A program made the translations under genes and the position numbers. Positions 1-13,500 of a stretch of 64,000 bases of DNA are shown piece after piece; positions within the stretch are counted from its first letter, which is position 1; each line of letters begins with the position of its first letter. The stretch comes from Leucoraja erinacea (Eukaryota): contig NC_073386.1 in the NCBI RefSeq assembly GCF_028641065.1, positions 22,506,001 to 22,570,000 on the forward strand, in the 5' to 3' direction. The notes below the pieces were generated by a model that was not told the DNA's origin, did not search any database, and saw nothing but the letters and a program-made list of their open reading frames with translations.

Positions 1-230
1 AGATTCCTCCCCATACTGGATCAGTCGTTGTGTCGTCTGCAAACTTGAGAAGCTTGACAGAGGAGTCTGCGAAGGTGCAGTAGTTGGTGTTGAGAGTAAA
101 GGAGAGGGGCGAGTACGCAGCTATGCAGGTGGTCTAAGATGATCTTTCCCAGCCTCACATGCTGCTTCCTGTCTGTCAGGAAGTTGATGATCCACTGACA
201 GAGGGGATCAGGCACAGTCAACTGGGAGAG
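1..230 (-). mobile_element. Rex1/Babar-like LINE reverse transcriptase fragment (degenerate)
   Basis: Minus-strand translation LCQWIINFLTDRKQHVRLG...CVLAPLLYS resembles the non-LTR RT core; frameshifted. Confidence 0.7.
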
Positions 231-699
231 TGAACAGTACAGGGAGCATTCATTAGACTGAATAATACTTTAAGGCTAAGTTAAAAACTTCAGAATGAAA
301 AAGCAGGAAAATATCAGACACAGGACACTTCTGATACGGTATTGAGATTATATTTTAAAAGTGGTTCATCCTGGAAACAATTTTTTGTCATGTTTAAGCA
401 TTCCACTTAAGATAACATTGGATTCCAGTTCCAAGAGTTACCCATTCTTGAAGCTGCCTTCTTTCAAAAATCTCATTGTTTAGGTTTATTATTGTCATGT
501 GTTCTGAGAAACAGTGAACAAAGGAAGAGGACTGACTGAACTTTGTTGCCTTCCACCATGATGAATGCTGAGGTGGACGTTTATGTTGCATTCTATTGTG
601 TATTGTGTGTTCTTTATTCGGTTGTCTCGCTGCATGGCAAATTCATTTCACTGTACCTTAGTTGGCACGTGTGACAGATACAATTGTATTGTATTGAAT

Positions 700-1125
700 G
701 GATCGACTGGGCTTGTTTCACTGGAATTTAGGATGAGAGGGGATCTTATAGAAACATATTAAATTCTTAGAGGATTGGACAGGGTAGATGCAGGAAAAAT
801 GTTCCCGATGTTGGGGGAGTCCAGAACCAAAGGTCACAGTTTAAGAATAAGGACTGAGATGAGGAAAATCGTTTTCACTCAGTTGTGAGTCTGTGGAATT
901 CTCTGCCACAGAAGGTAGTGGAGGCCAATTCACTGGATGTTTTCACGAGATAGTTAGGTTTAGCTCTAAGGGCTAAGGGAATCAAGGGATATGGGGAAAA
1001 AGATGGAACGGGGTACTGATTTTGGATGATCAGCCATGATCACTCCTGCACCTATTTTCTATGTTTCTATGAATGGCAGTGCTGGCTTAGAGGGCCAAAT
1101 GGCCTACTCCTGCACCTATTTTCTA
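700..1125 (+). mobile_element. CR1/HER1-type LINE 3' end
   Basis: LEFRMRGDLIETY-type ORF2 C-terminus followed by the cagccatgatc...gaatggc...ggcctactcctgcacctattttctatg tail that recurs throughout the window. Confidence 0.8.
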
Positions 1126-1129
1126 TGTG

Positions 1130-1610
1130 AATACTTTGAGAAGGTAAATAGCAGGATAGATAAAGTGAATGTTGTTTACCTAGAATTTCAGAAAGCCTTT
1201 GGTAAGCTACCACATGTGAGGCTGTTAAAGAAGATGAGAGGCCATGGTGTCAAAGGGAAGATACTAGCGCAGATAGCAGGTTGGCTGAATGGCAGAAGGC
1301 AAAGAGTGGCAATAAAGGGGGCTTTTTCTGGTTGGCTGCCAGACAGAGTTCCGCAGGGATCGGTGCTGGGGCTGCTAATCTTCAAGTTGTTCATCAATGA
1401 TTTGGATTAAATCAAATGAAAGGGAATTGATGGTTTTGTGGCCAAGTTTGCAAATGATACGAAGATAGGTGGAGGGAGATGTACAATGTGGAGGAAGCAG
1501 GGAGTCTACAGACAGGTTGGGAGAGTGAGCAAAGTGGCAGATGGAATACAGCATAGCAAAGTGTGCAGTCATGCAATTTGGTAGTAGGAATAAAGGCATA
1601 AACTATTTAC
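1130..1610 (+). mobile_element. CR1-type LINE RT fragment
   Basis: ORF 1036-1410 contains VYLEFQKAFGKLPH...VPQGSVLGLLIFKLFINDLD, followed by a KFANDTK-like segment. Confidence 0.8.
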
Positions 1611-1699
1611 CCTAATGACATACTCTGGAACACCTACATCTACATCAGACTCCTATTTATTGATTACAGCTCTTTCGTTTCACAATTCATTAGAGTAAA

Positions 1700-2360
1700 A
1701 TTAGGCCATTTGGCCCACCATTCAATTGAGGCTGATCAATCTTTCCCTCTCAACCCTTCTCTCCTGCCTTCTCCCAGTAACCTTTGATACCCTTACTAAT
1801 CAAAAACCTGTCAATCTCCGCTTTAAAAATATCTAATGACTTGGCCACAGACATTTGTGGCAATGAATTCCACACATTCACCACCACCTGACTAAAGGAA
1901 TTACTCATCTTCTTTAACGTGTACGTCCTTTTGCTCTGAGGCTGTGCCACCTAGTCTTGAACTCTCCGACTAGTGGAAACATCCTCTGCACATCTGCTCT
2001 ATTCCATGCTACAGCAATGCAGATTGGCATCTCATTTTTAAATATTCCACCTATGTTACTTCTAACATATAGAAACATAGAAAATAGGTGCATGAGTAGG
2101 CCATTTGACCCTTTAAGTCAGCACCGCCATTCAATACGATCATGGCTGATCATCCAAACATCCGTACCCCGTTCCTGCTTTCTTCCCATATCCCTTAATG
2201 TGTTATGTGTCAATCCTAACTATCACTGTATGTCATGTTGTCACTTGCGGGCAGAGCACCAAAGCAAATACCTTGTATGTGAATACTTGGCCAATAAATG
2301 TATTCATTTATTCATCCCTTGGTTCCGTTAGCCCTAAGAGCTATATCTAACTTTCTATTT
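1700..2360 (-). mobile_element. CR1-type LINE 3' fragments (two, antisense)
   Basis: ORF 1750-1950 FSQVVVNVWNSLPQ...FKAEIDRFL; a second reverse-complement tail starts at ~2068 (catatagaaacatagaaaatagg). Confidence 0.75.
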
Positions 2361-3479
2361 GTGGGAAATACCGATTCAGCGGCTGAAGGTTGATAAATTA
2401 TAATAATCATGGAGATGAATTACTTGCCCATGTTTGACTAGTTACCATTTGACTTCATCAATTCCAGAGTCAATTATCAGGGAAAATACCTCCCACTTAT
2501 AATCCTTGATACCATCACTTCTGGTGGATTCTACTGACAAAGCAGGATGTCTTAGAAATGTGGACGAGTCTGGCCTTTTGACTGTGAGGCACAATTCTGC
2601 GAGAGCCACTATGTCAGGCTATTGTCGATTAATCTGTGGAACGAGTCACCAAATTTAGACATAGGTCTCCAAATGTTCAAAATGAGAACCTGAATGCAAG
2701 CAGGTTGGGAGCAACTTTGTACATCTCAATTCAGTACTTGAGTTGATTTCCAATTGATGGTCTGGTTTTATTCATATTATATCTTAACAAAGCAATAGGG
2801 ATTTACTTTTTGTTCCATCTCTAATGCAACAATTTAGACAGTCGGTTAATTAATATCCAGTGAGAAATCAATCCATCTTCTAGAGATGCACCTCTCAAAA
2901 AGACAAGACTGCAATTATTTACAGCATGGAACATTCAGACGTCCAACTTTGGTGCTCAATGTATTAAAACTCTTAGACATCTACATCTTAGGCAATAGCC
3001 AACTTGAAGGAGGCTGAAATAGATGGTGGTCCATTCCATTGACTGGCAACTGGTTGGAGGGTATGCGGGAGTAATAAAACAATTTTGTTTGGGGAGGAAG
3101 GGTAATGATGAAGATAATGGCGAATGTTTGGAGTTGGAGGCGGGCATCAATGTTTGCTCTCCTCCAACAAATACCCATCCATCCACAAATGCTGCCTGGC
3201 CCATTGAGTTAATCCAACACTTTGTGTTTTGCTTACATCATGGTCATCGCGAAATAAGAAACACTATAAAAGTGCTGCTCTCGCTCCACGTTTTCTGTCA
3301 GTTAAGAGCGGTTGGCTAGATAAAAATTGGCCAACGCGTACACAATTTCGTGTTTTGGAAATATCTGAATCAAACGCGTCAAGGTTTACAATCTTTCTTG
3401 TGTTTTTTTTTGTAAAGTGACCCTTCCTTTGCTATTGTCAGAAACAATGATTTTCTCTACTTTGACCCGAAAGACTGAA

Positions 3480-4250
3480 CATTACTTGCCGTTCTCAACC
3501 ACCTCTTCGGCGCCTTTTTCTTTCGTTGGAAACCGTTAGACACGTGCAGAGCGCGCGCCCGCCCGCCGCAAGCCCTGTCCCTCCGCGCGCCCGCGCCCCA
3601 GGCCACCGTACCCCTCCGCGCGCCCAACTTCCCCCGCCACAGCCTCAATGCTCCGACTCATCCGCCAGAACCTTTGTCCCTCGGTGCGTCGATGCGCCAC
3701 CACAACACCTGCTCCTCTACGCGCCGATACAACCCAACCTCCCTCCCCGACGACAACCTCTGCCCATCCACGCTCCGAAACCCCGACGGCCCCAGCCCCT
3801 GACTCTCCGCCCGCAAACAACTATTGTCCCTGTAACGCCTAAACGGCCACTCCACCTCTGCGCGTCGACGCTGCACAAAATCCCAGCAACCGCCTACCCA
3901 CTCCGCGTGCTCAGAGCCCGCCCGCCCGCCTCGCGCGCAGTCGCAGAAAGCCTCTCAGCGCGTCCCCGAGCCCAGCTATTCTGATCTGAGACGGTGAACC
4001 GGAGGTGTTTGATAAATTATATATATATATATTTTTTTCTTCCACCTCACTAAAAAGAATAAATAAAAGCATTATTTGCGCATACTCGGCGAGCTGTTGA
4101 CGAAGCGCAACCGGAAACCATTTGACTGCCTGCGTGAGGAGGTTGCGTGGAGCAAGGAAGCGATAGTCACCGGGAGCGGCTGTCACTCGCAGCCACACGG
4201 CAGTTCCATCATCGCAGCGAAGACTATTTTTGTGCTTTCAACATTTGTAA
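3480..4250. promoter_or_regulatory. CpG island / AKR1A1 promoter, possibly bidirectional
   Basis: GC- and CpG-dense stretch in an AT-rich, CpG-poor background, 3.2 kb upstream of the AKR1A1 ATG; GC boxes (cccgcccgcc), an ETS-like ccggaa near 4111, and an ARE-like TGACGAAGC at 4098-4106. Confidence 0.7.
4130..4246 (+). other. AKR1A1: Probable non-coding exon 1 of AKR1A1 (start approximate)
   Basis: Donor TTT|gtaagt at 4247 at the 3' edge of the CpG island; the ATG exon has its own acceptor 7 nt upstream of the ATG, so an upstream UTR exon is required. Confidence 0.5.
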
Positions 4251-4339
4251 GTTTGCATTCTGGAGGTTTTATTGTAGATACAGCAAAAAACTGGAACCTT
4301 GAGAGAGAAAAAAAAACAAACAGTCGGATGCACTCATGT

Positions 4340-4600
4340 GCAGGGTGGAACTGCAGACGCTGGTTTACACCGATGATGGACACAAAATGTTGGAGTAACT
4401 CAGCTGGTCACGCAGCATCTCTGGGGAGAAGGAATGGGTCAGTCTGAAGAAGGGTCTCGACCCGAAACGTGCAAGGGAATACGCAGACGAGGTTTCTGTT
4501 TGTGAAGGATCCCGACGCGAAAAGTCGTCAGTCCATTTCCCTCCGCAGATAGTCTGACCTGCTGACATCCGGCGAGAGACACAAAATGCTGGAGCTCCGA
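4340..4600. mobile_element. Penelope-derived pLTR cluster (inverted pieces) with hammerhead-like core at 4444-4471
   Basis: Antisense pLTR arm followed by CTGAAGA-AGGGTCTCGACCC-GAAAC-GTG and a second degenerate copy near 4501. Confidence 0.6.
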
Positions 4601-4689
4601 ATTCTTAAAGCAGATTTTTTTTTTTTTTGCATGCGTTTTATTATGTTCTTATTAATCATTCGCCTTTCTATTTGGTGTGCGAAAATAGG

Positions 4690-5300
4690 AGCAAAGAGGT
4701 CCTTCTGCAGTAGTACAGGGCCCCAGTGAGACCACACCTGGAGGATCGTGTACAATTTTGGTCTCCAAATTTGAGGAAGGACATTCTAGCCAAAGATACT
4801 AGAGGAGCATCTTTGATTCAAGCTACGGAGGGAATGCAGCGTAGGGTCACTATGTTAATTCCCGGGATGGCGGGACTGTCATATGTTGCAAGAATGGAGC
4901 GACTGGGCTTGTATACACTGGAATTTAGAAGGATGAGAAGGGGTCATTGAAACATATAAGGTTATTAAGGGACTGGACATGATAGAGGAAGGAAACATGT
5001 TCCGGATGTTGGGGGAGTCTAGAACCAGGGGCACAGTTTAATAATAAGGGGTAGGTAGGCCATTTAGAACAGAGATGAGGAAAATCTATTTCACCCAGAG
5101 AGTTGTGAATCTGTGGAATTCTCTGCCTCGGAAGGCAGTGGAGGCCAATTCTCTAGATGCTTTCAAGAGAGTTAGATAGAGCTCTTAAAGATAGTGGAGT
5201 CGAGGGATATGGGGAGCCATGATTGTGGATGATCAGCCATGATCACAGTGAATGGCAGTGCTGGCTGGAAGGGCCGAATGGCCTAATCCTGCACCTAATC
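4690..5300 (+). mobile_element. CR1/HER1-type LINE 3' end
   Basis: [19 protein letters not shown]...RLGLYTLEFRRMR plus the conserved 3' tail. Confidence 0.85.
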
Positions 5301-5524
5301 ATTATATTGCATACATTCAATTTCGACCTGTACCACGGGAAAGGAACAACCAGGCGGACACTAGGATGTTCTTAGAACTACCTTCATAAAAAGTGCAACA
5401 TCCCCAACGACTCGGAAGGTACGTGACTTCAACGTGATGAAGGGCATGGGAACCTGGAGTCCGCGCTTAGAGAGGAAACGAGTCCTGATTAAACGGAAGA
5501 AAGAGTAGGCTGCCTGCAAGCCTA

Positions 5525-5745
5525 ACCTTGCTGTCTGTGGAGTTGACATGTTCTCCCTGTGATTGTGTGGGTATCCTCTGGGTGTTCTGGGTGTCCTCCC
5601 ACGTCCAAACGACGTGCAGGTTTTAGGTTAATTGGCCACTGTAGGGAGAGAAAGTGGGATACCAGAGATGTAGTGTGAAAGGTGAGCGATGATTGGCATA
5701 GATTGGGTGGGACGAAGGGCCTGTTTTCATGCTGTAGCTTTCAAT
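5525..5745 (+). mobile_element. HE1-like (V-SINE) fragment
   Basis: gctgtctgtggagttgacatgttctccctgtg...tcctcccac core shared with the other SINE copies in the window. Confidence 0.6.
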
Positions 5746-7424
5746 TACCTTTAAAGTTTCAGGTGCTAGAAATCCAAAACAAAAACAACCACAGAATCAC
5801 TTAGCAAGGAAAGCAATGTCAGCGGGGACAAAAATAGACAACATTTTAGGTCAAAGAACCCTCAGATATTGCTTGATATGTGTACTTCCAGCATTTATTA
5901 TTTTTGTATTATCTTTAATTTGCTAACATAATATGATATCAAGAAAAGGCAGAGAGTGCTGGAGTAGCTCAACGGGTTGGACAGTATAACATGGACAAGT
6001 GACGTTTCGGATCGGGATCCTTCTTTAGACTGAATAGTCCTCAGTCGAAAAGTCCTGAGTCTATTTTGGTAAACCAGCACCTGCAGTTTCTCGTGTCTGT
6101 ATTGTAATATCTAGTAATGTTTTATAACTGCCAATAAGTTAAAGAAAATATACCAATATTGTTAGATCAAGTCAAACGTGGTATGTCCTGAAATGATTTT
6201 TTTAACTTGAGGCAATAGGCAGCATATTGTAATTGGTCGTTTGTTGAGAATGTTTAATGTAACTAAATGCTCAGATATGCATCACAGAAATGGGTTTTAG
6301 GCAAAATGTATTTACGCAATATCATTATTTTGACAAAACCAATTGTAATGATGAACACCCTTTTCCCCTTTTAAGATAATCCAAATTTGATCAACAGTAT
6401 TACTCTTTACTAAAGCAGTTTCCCTCCCATCATATTAAATTCTGGGAATATGTTTGGATAATTTCTGATATTAGCAGCATATTTATGAACATTCGCAAAT
6501 ATATTGATTTGTGTACTTTATTTCCAAAGGATGGTAGCTATTTGAAGCTGTACAGTAATTGGATCAGTAATCGTTACAAAAATAACTTGCCAATAAGAAA
6601 CAAATGAAGAAAAAAAATCTAAAATCTGCACATCTTTGAAATCTCTCCCGAATATTGTTTATCCTGTAGAAGAGATAATTTGGAGGTTGGAAATGTCGTT
6701 CATTCATGAGTGCTTCGTTTCAATTTTTAAGGGCCAGCATGCAAAAGATTTTTATCCAATGTTTATGGCCAAACCAAATCTTTCAGAAACTACCATAAGG
6801 TAAAAAGTAGGAATGTATATCTTTGAACTTTGGTATTTGGTGCATAAAGAAATGCATGAATTATATTGTCTGAGGAGGGGCCAAACCAAAGCATTGCCTA
6901 TCCATTGCCTCCACAGATGCTGCCTGTCCCGCTAAGTTACCTCAGCATATTGTTTTGTTCAAGATTCAAGACAGAGAAACATTCTCTGTTTCTTTTTTCA
7001 CAGGTGATGTTTAACCTGCTGAACCTTCCATTTTCTCATTGAAATTCAGATTTTAAGCATTTGCAATTTTCTTTTGGCTTTTGTTTAAAATATTTGGTCC
7101 CTCATCAGCCATGGCTGGCATACCTATTGCATTTGAGTGGAATTGCTAATTTATGTAAAAATGTTTTCTACTTTTACTGTCTTTAATTTAAAAATGTCAA
7201 ATGTGATTTTCATTTTTATTATTACTTTAATTATTCTGAATTGTGTGGTCACTGTGGAGGTGGACAAGGTGCATTAGGACGTGAACGCAAGGTGTGTGCT
7301 GAATACTGCACAATCTGTTCTCTTTTGCCAACTTAATTTATATGGTTTTCTCTTGGTACTAATGTGTGAACTATCAAAAGTAGAGTGCATTGATTTGTGC
7401 AATTTCTTCTTGTTTAGGGCAAAA

Positions 7425-7511
7425 ATGTCTACTACTAATTATGCTGTGCTCAATACTGGACAGAAGATGCCTCTCATTGGGCTGGGGACATGGAAGAGTG
7501 CGCCTGGTGAG
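7425..7511 (+). CDS. AKR1A1: AKR1A1 coding exon 1 ([29 protein letters not shown])
   Basis: Acceptor tgtttag at 7417, ATG at 7425, donor GAG|gtaatc. Confidence 0.93.
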
Positions 7512-10500
7512 GTAATCCATCTGGCAAAATATGATCAACTTTATCTTTGAGAACCATCAATTGAATTTGGAGTGTAATGTTGTGTAGCCATCCTATTATA
7601 GTTTATTTTCCTCTCTGCTTTTTTCTAATTTTATTGAATGTACAGGTATATATCATGTTAGCCTTCAGGGTGAATATTGGCAGACGCCTCAGTTGTGTAA
7701 CAGCTTTGACTGAACTGTACCCTCGGCTGAGATGGACAGAAGCATACTTCCAGCAAATCTGTTTCTGATGAATTGAAATGTTCTTTTCAAAAACGTGGCC
7801 ATAGGTTTAGAGTGTTTCAAAGGATTTTCCTAGTTTATTATACTCTCCTTCAGTGAACTTCCTTTTGGATGTCCTTGTCCACAGATTGTTGTAGCTTGAG
7901 GATTCGGAATCATCATGGATCTTCAATCCCAACCATTTTGAAAGACAGAAATATTAATGTAATCTCAAGTTATAAAATAGAGTTTTAAGTTCATATGCAT
8001 TGATCTACAGGCCATTCCCAGGAAATGTTTATAGTCGGATGTAAGTCAATTTTGTCTACGTTTTAAAAAAATACACAAAAGTCACTTAGTACAATGTAAT
8101 TAATTACATCCAAAGCACATAAGAATGAAAATAAATAACAATAACTATAGGTGGAGAGAGAGGAGGCAAGTGCTATTATTCATAGGAACAAACTAATGTA
8201 TGTATTTGGGATTTATGAATTTAATATTATATAGGGGCTTGATCATATATAGCGGGGTCCATGAGCCATGTGTTCATAATGTGGGTGGGAATAAGCAGTA
8301 AATTCAACAAAATTTGCACATTTACCAATTAACAGAAACATAATGAGAATGTGCTTTCATTGTCTTTGGTATTCATACAAAAATTAACAGGAAGCTGCTC
8401 ATTCTTTTATCTTCGCAATCCATCCTTGTCTTTTTATCCTCTGTGGACATCATCTAATTGTCACAGGATGGATTTCATTATTGACTTGCCATGAAGTGAA
8501 TGTTTATAGTCTGAAGAACAAAGCAGGTCTTCCTGATATATTTAAGTCTCCTAAAAAATAAAACAGTTGTTTATTTGATACATCAAAATGACCATTCTTA
8601 TTTGTCATGTGATAAACTAGGAATATTAAGTGTGAAAGGTTATCCCACTGTACAGGACTTTTATGGTTTGTTTCCTACAAAGCCAATACCAAAACTTGTA
8701 ATGTTGTCATTTTTTCTTCCTTTCCTAAATTTATTGGAAGGTAGTCATCAGTAGGTATTATGAACACTCTTCTATATCACTGCTTTTATAATACCACAGA
8801 ATGTTAGAAAAGCCAGAGAATGTTGGAAATGTCAGAAAGCTGGCTGGCAAAGTACCAAAAAGCTAACTGGCAAAATAACATACTGTTGAAAACAGGAAAC
8901 TGGCAAGCTTCTGTTTTCCTTGTTTTTGCCGTTTGCTGGTGTTTGCACTTTTTATATCTGCAGCTGATCCTTAAAAAAAACTTGCTAATTAAATGGTATC
9001 ATTGAGTGCAAAATGTCCCGTTTCCTCTCTCCTGCCTTGTTAACATTTTACCTTTCAAGAATGCTTGCAGATCAAAGAGTAAGCCCAAAATGCTTCGCTA
9101 ATCTACAAAACGCCAATAATTTGATTGTCAATTTTCCACATGTCATCCCTGACATTTTTCAAATCTTGCTAAAATGCTAAAAAAAAGAATTTTGATCTAA
9201 TATCCAATTTAAACTTGCTAAAGCTAAAAAAAATTTGTCTAATCCAGCCAAAACTTGCAATGTTGTCAACCTTAAATTTTGCATTGATTCTGTTTTTAAA
9301 GAAAAAATGTATGCTTGAGTGCTGAAATTAACATTGGCTACGTGGCATGGATATTAATCTGTGGTAAACAGTTCTGTTCTCCAGTTTCTTTACTTTGTCT
9401 CTCATTACAACCCACATAAATCTTATTTGGCATTCATTCTGTATTACAACTGTGCACTATTCAAGAGGGATGGCACCCTTAAGGATTTGGGAGTTTCGTT
9501 GTGCAACCAAAATGACAAGATAAAGCTTTGCTGTGAGGGAGAAATTATTTTCTTTTGAATAGCAGCATAAATAACATTGATAAATCAACAAACTGTGCCT
9601 CTTAAGGCCCTGTCCCACTTTCCCGAGCTACTCACAAATTCTCCCGAGTTTTCCCCTTGATTCAAACTCGGAGATGCCAGCCGTAGGTTCTCCGGGCTAT
9701 ATTTTTTACTCGTGGACATTTTTCAACATGCTGAAAAAACGTCCCGACTTACCTGATGCCCCAAGTACCTACGGCTGGCATTACGATCCGCTACGAAATA
9801 TCTACGGACTCGCTACGGACATTCTCCGAGTTTGAATCAAGGGGGAAACTCGGGAGAATACGTGAGTAACTCAGGAAAGTGGACAGGGCCTTTAATGTCC
9901 TGTACGCTCTGCCTCTGATAGACAGCAAGATGACCTTGCATTAGAAAACTAAAACTTTTTTTTGAAAAAATGCTTAATGGTAAATATTCTTTTAGGACCC
10001 ATCAGTATACATACTTTATAAATAAATCAGCTGTGAAGAGAGATTCAATGTCAGCTAATGCTAATCATCCTGGAAAGTTTTCTCAACCTTTGTTCATCAA
10101 TCACCTTTCACCGCCTCAAAAAAAAACTCAAATCAAATTAGTAAGACACGACTTGCTGTGTACGAAGTCATGCTGACTGTCCTTAACCCATTGTCTTCCA
10201 AATGGGAGTAAACCCTATCCCGAAGAATCCTCCATAACTTTCCAACTGCTGACGTGAGGCTCACCGTCCTATAATTTTCTGGATTTGACTTTGAACATTC
10301 AGTCCCTAAATGATTTCTTGTTCTCTGAATTTACTAGAATAGTAGATTTCTTTTGCCCAGAATTGTACATTAGTACTTCTTTGCAAAGCTGTGCATCAGT
10401 AGGGTCATGTTTAACAGCTACAAATTGTAGCTACGAACATTACCAATGGATAGGAATTCTGAAACCTTTACTTTGTCCTGCTATATACTTTTGAGATAAC

Positions 10501-13500
10501 AGATTGAAGTATTGCCAGGCTGTTATTATGTATTGAATTTACTCACTAAGGTGTAAAAATTGCTGTGAATTACATATAGCTTCTTATATCATCTTTGCTC
10601 GGTATGCTCTATCACTCTGCCAAGAAATATTGCATTATGGGGTGGTTGAGATTAACAATGTTTGAAATAGCAATTCATCCTTAATATTTCTGCAGAAAAT
10701 AAGCTTTAACTGTCAGTAGTGATTACATTTGCTCTTTTTGCCAAGGTAAAAACAGCTGTTGAGAATGCTTTAAAGATTGGTTATCGTCATGTGGACTGTG
10801 CTGCAGTGTACAATAATGAGGCTGAAATAGGAGACCTTTTTAAAGAAATAATTGGTGTTGACAAGGTATGATCTAAAAATTGTTGCATGGATAAGAATCA
10901 GATATGTGTTTGTTTGGAAGTATCTCATAAAATGAAATGAAATATGGTGGGCCATCTTCAAATGACTGGACTATATATGTCGGTTTTCTGCATGTTTTTG
11001 ATCCTTTTCAGTTTAATCAAAAATTATTAAACTTGTTTAAAGGTAATCTCAGAATATTTTACTGGTAAAATATTTTTACCAAATAGGAGATCAGTGGGCA
11101 AAATTAGGGCACATGTAGCCCTCACTCAGAGGACATCAGGAAAGGCATGGGAGTATAGATAAGTCTTTAGTCTTGACTTAAAAGAGTCAATGGAGGGGGC
11201 AGTTCTGATGGGAATGGGGATGCTGTTCCACAGTCTAGGGGCTGCAACCGCAAAGGCGCAGTCGCCCCTGAGCTTATGCCTAGACCGTGGGATATTCAGC
11301 AACCCCAAGTCGGCCGATCTGAGGGGCCTGGAGGTGGAGTGGTGGGTGAGAAGACTTTTTATGTAGGTGGGGGCAAGCCCATTGAGGGCTTTGTAGACAT
11401 GGAGGAGAATCTTGAAGTTTATATGGAACCGCACAGGGAGCCAGTAGAGAGAGGCCAGGATCGGGGTGATGTGGTCCCTTTTTCTGGTGCCCGTCGGGAG
11501 TCTTGCTGCGGCGTTTTGGACCAGTTGCAGGCGGGACAGGGAAGATTGGCTGATGCCAGTGTAAAGGGAGTTGCAGTAATCTAGGCGGGCGGAGATGAAT
11601 GTGTGGATGATCTTTTCCAGGTCATCAAACTGGAGGAATTTTTTTATTTTAGCTATCGTCCGAAGCTGAAAGAAGCTAGCTTTTACCACAGCATTGACTT
11701 GTTTGTTAAATTTCAGTGCCGAGTCAAATATCACGCCAAAGTTTTTGTGACGTGAGGTTTGAGTAGTAGGGTAAGGCTTCCAAGGCTGTCTGCTATCATT
11801 TTGATTGAGTCCGAGGGGCCGAGAAGGATGACCTCAGACTTACTCTCGTTTAGTTGGAGGAAGTTCTGGCCCATCCAACACTTTATATCCTCGAGGCAGT
11901 GGGTAAAGTTAAACAGATTTGATTGGTTTTTGGGCTTCAGGGGGAGATAGAGTTGGGTATCGTCTCAGGAGCACTAGAAGGAAATGCCGTGCCTTTCAAT
12001 GACTTGGCCCAAGGGGAGCATATACAGGGAGAAGAGAATGGGGCCAAGGATGGACCTTGTGGAACCCCACAGCAGAGATTAGCTGGGGAGGAGAATGAGT
12101 TGCTATGTTGTCTGCAGGACTGCAGGAAAGGGGTACTGATTGGGGATGATCAGCCATGATCACATTGAATGGCGGTGTTGGCTCAAAGGGCCGAATGGCC
12201 TACTCCTGCACCTATTGTCTATAAATAAATGCAGCTTTTGATAAGTGTAAATTTGACTGCTGCATTGAAAAGTTTACCGACTGCAGGACAATGAATGATG
12301 AATTCAGGAATTCATAGCCACAGATGGATGTGGAGGCCAAGTCAATGGATATTTTTGCGGCAGAGATTAACAGATTCTTGATTAGTAAGGATATCGGGGA
12401 TTATGGGGTGAGGGCAGGAGAATGGGGTTGAGAGGGAAAGATACATTTGAATGGCGGGGTTGACCTGATTGGCCCAATGGCCTAATTCTGCTCCTAGAAC
12501 TTATGAACGTATGATTGATCATACTGCTGGAGAATGCCATGTAAACCTAATTTTTCTGTCTGCTGGCCAACATCCTGAAGTTTTTTAACTTTTATAATAA
12601 TCATGCAGCATAATATTGATTAACCGTTCTACTTGGTTCATGTGATCAGTTTGTTGTGCTGTTGGATTACCCTCAATAATGAAATTCATTGTGTCATTTG
12701 TGTTAACATTCCAAAATAACTTGTCCCATGTTAACTATTGTTTTCATGTTTACTGGTAAAAATCATACCGCACCAATAAATCAAAAATATTTTTTAAAAA
12801 TTGGATGGCAGTGATTCAGATTTGGAAATTAAAATTTGAATGATTGGACTTTTTGACACCTAGCATTCAGCAATTGGGTAACAGAGTTGATTGAACGTCC
12901 AAGCTAACTAACAGATTTAACTTCTGTATCATATTGTTTCTCTTGCAGATGGTAAAACGTGAAGAACTTTTTGTAACCTCCAAGTTGTGGAATACCAAGC
13001 ATCATCCTGAAGATGTGGAACCTGCCTGTCGTAAATCTCTGGAAGACCTGAAGCTTACTTATCTGGATTTGTACCTCATTCACTGGCCTTATGCCTTTAA
13101 GTAAAATATAATTTATATCTATTTTTCTTGTGTGGTTTGGATGGTTATTTATGACCTTGCAATAACGTGCTTTTAGTTTTGTAAATGGACTGCATATGTA
13201 TTTAAAAAATACCCATTGTAGCAGGTTCCTTGCCTGTTAAAAGTCTTGCAGGGAATTATATCACAAAATTGGATTTGCATTCATTGATATCCGCAGCAAT
13301 GTGAGTTTGTAAACAGTTTATATAAATATAATAGTTAGTTATATATATAACTTGTATAGGTTATATAACATAATAGTTATAAGATGCACATTTTCTATTC
13401 ATATGTATCTATGTTGTATTATTGATGTTTTCAATTATCAATTTTGTGTGGTTTGCAGAAAAGGTGACAGCTGCTTTCCAAAGAATCCTGATGGCACAAT

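Noticed and set aside
1-3450. PRDX1 coding exons expected upstream of AKR1A1
   Set aside because: No peroxiredoxin motif (e.g. FYPLDFTFVCPTE) found in any frame; the region is mostly LINE debris.
3526-3984. 152-aa Pro/Arg-rich ORF and overlapping ORFs
   Set aside because: By-product of the GC-rich CpG island; no recognisable domain or splice structure.
11126-11734. Intact 202-aa ORF as a domesticated gene
   Set aside because: It is the ordinary C-terminus of a 5'-truncated L2 ORF2, with frame breaks upstream; intactness reflects youth.
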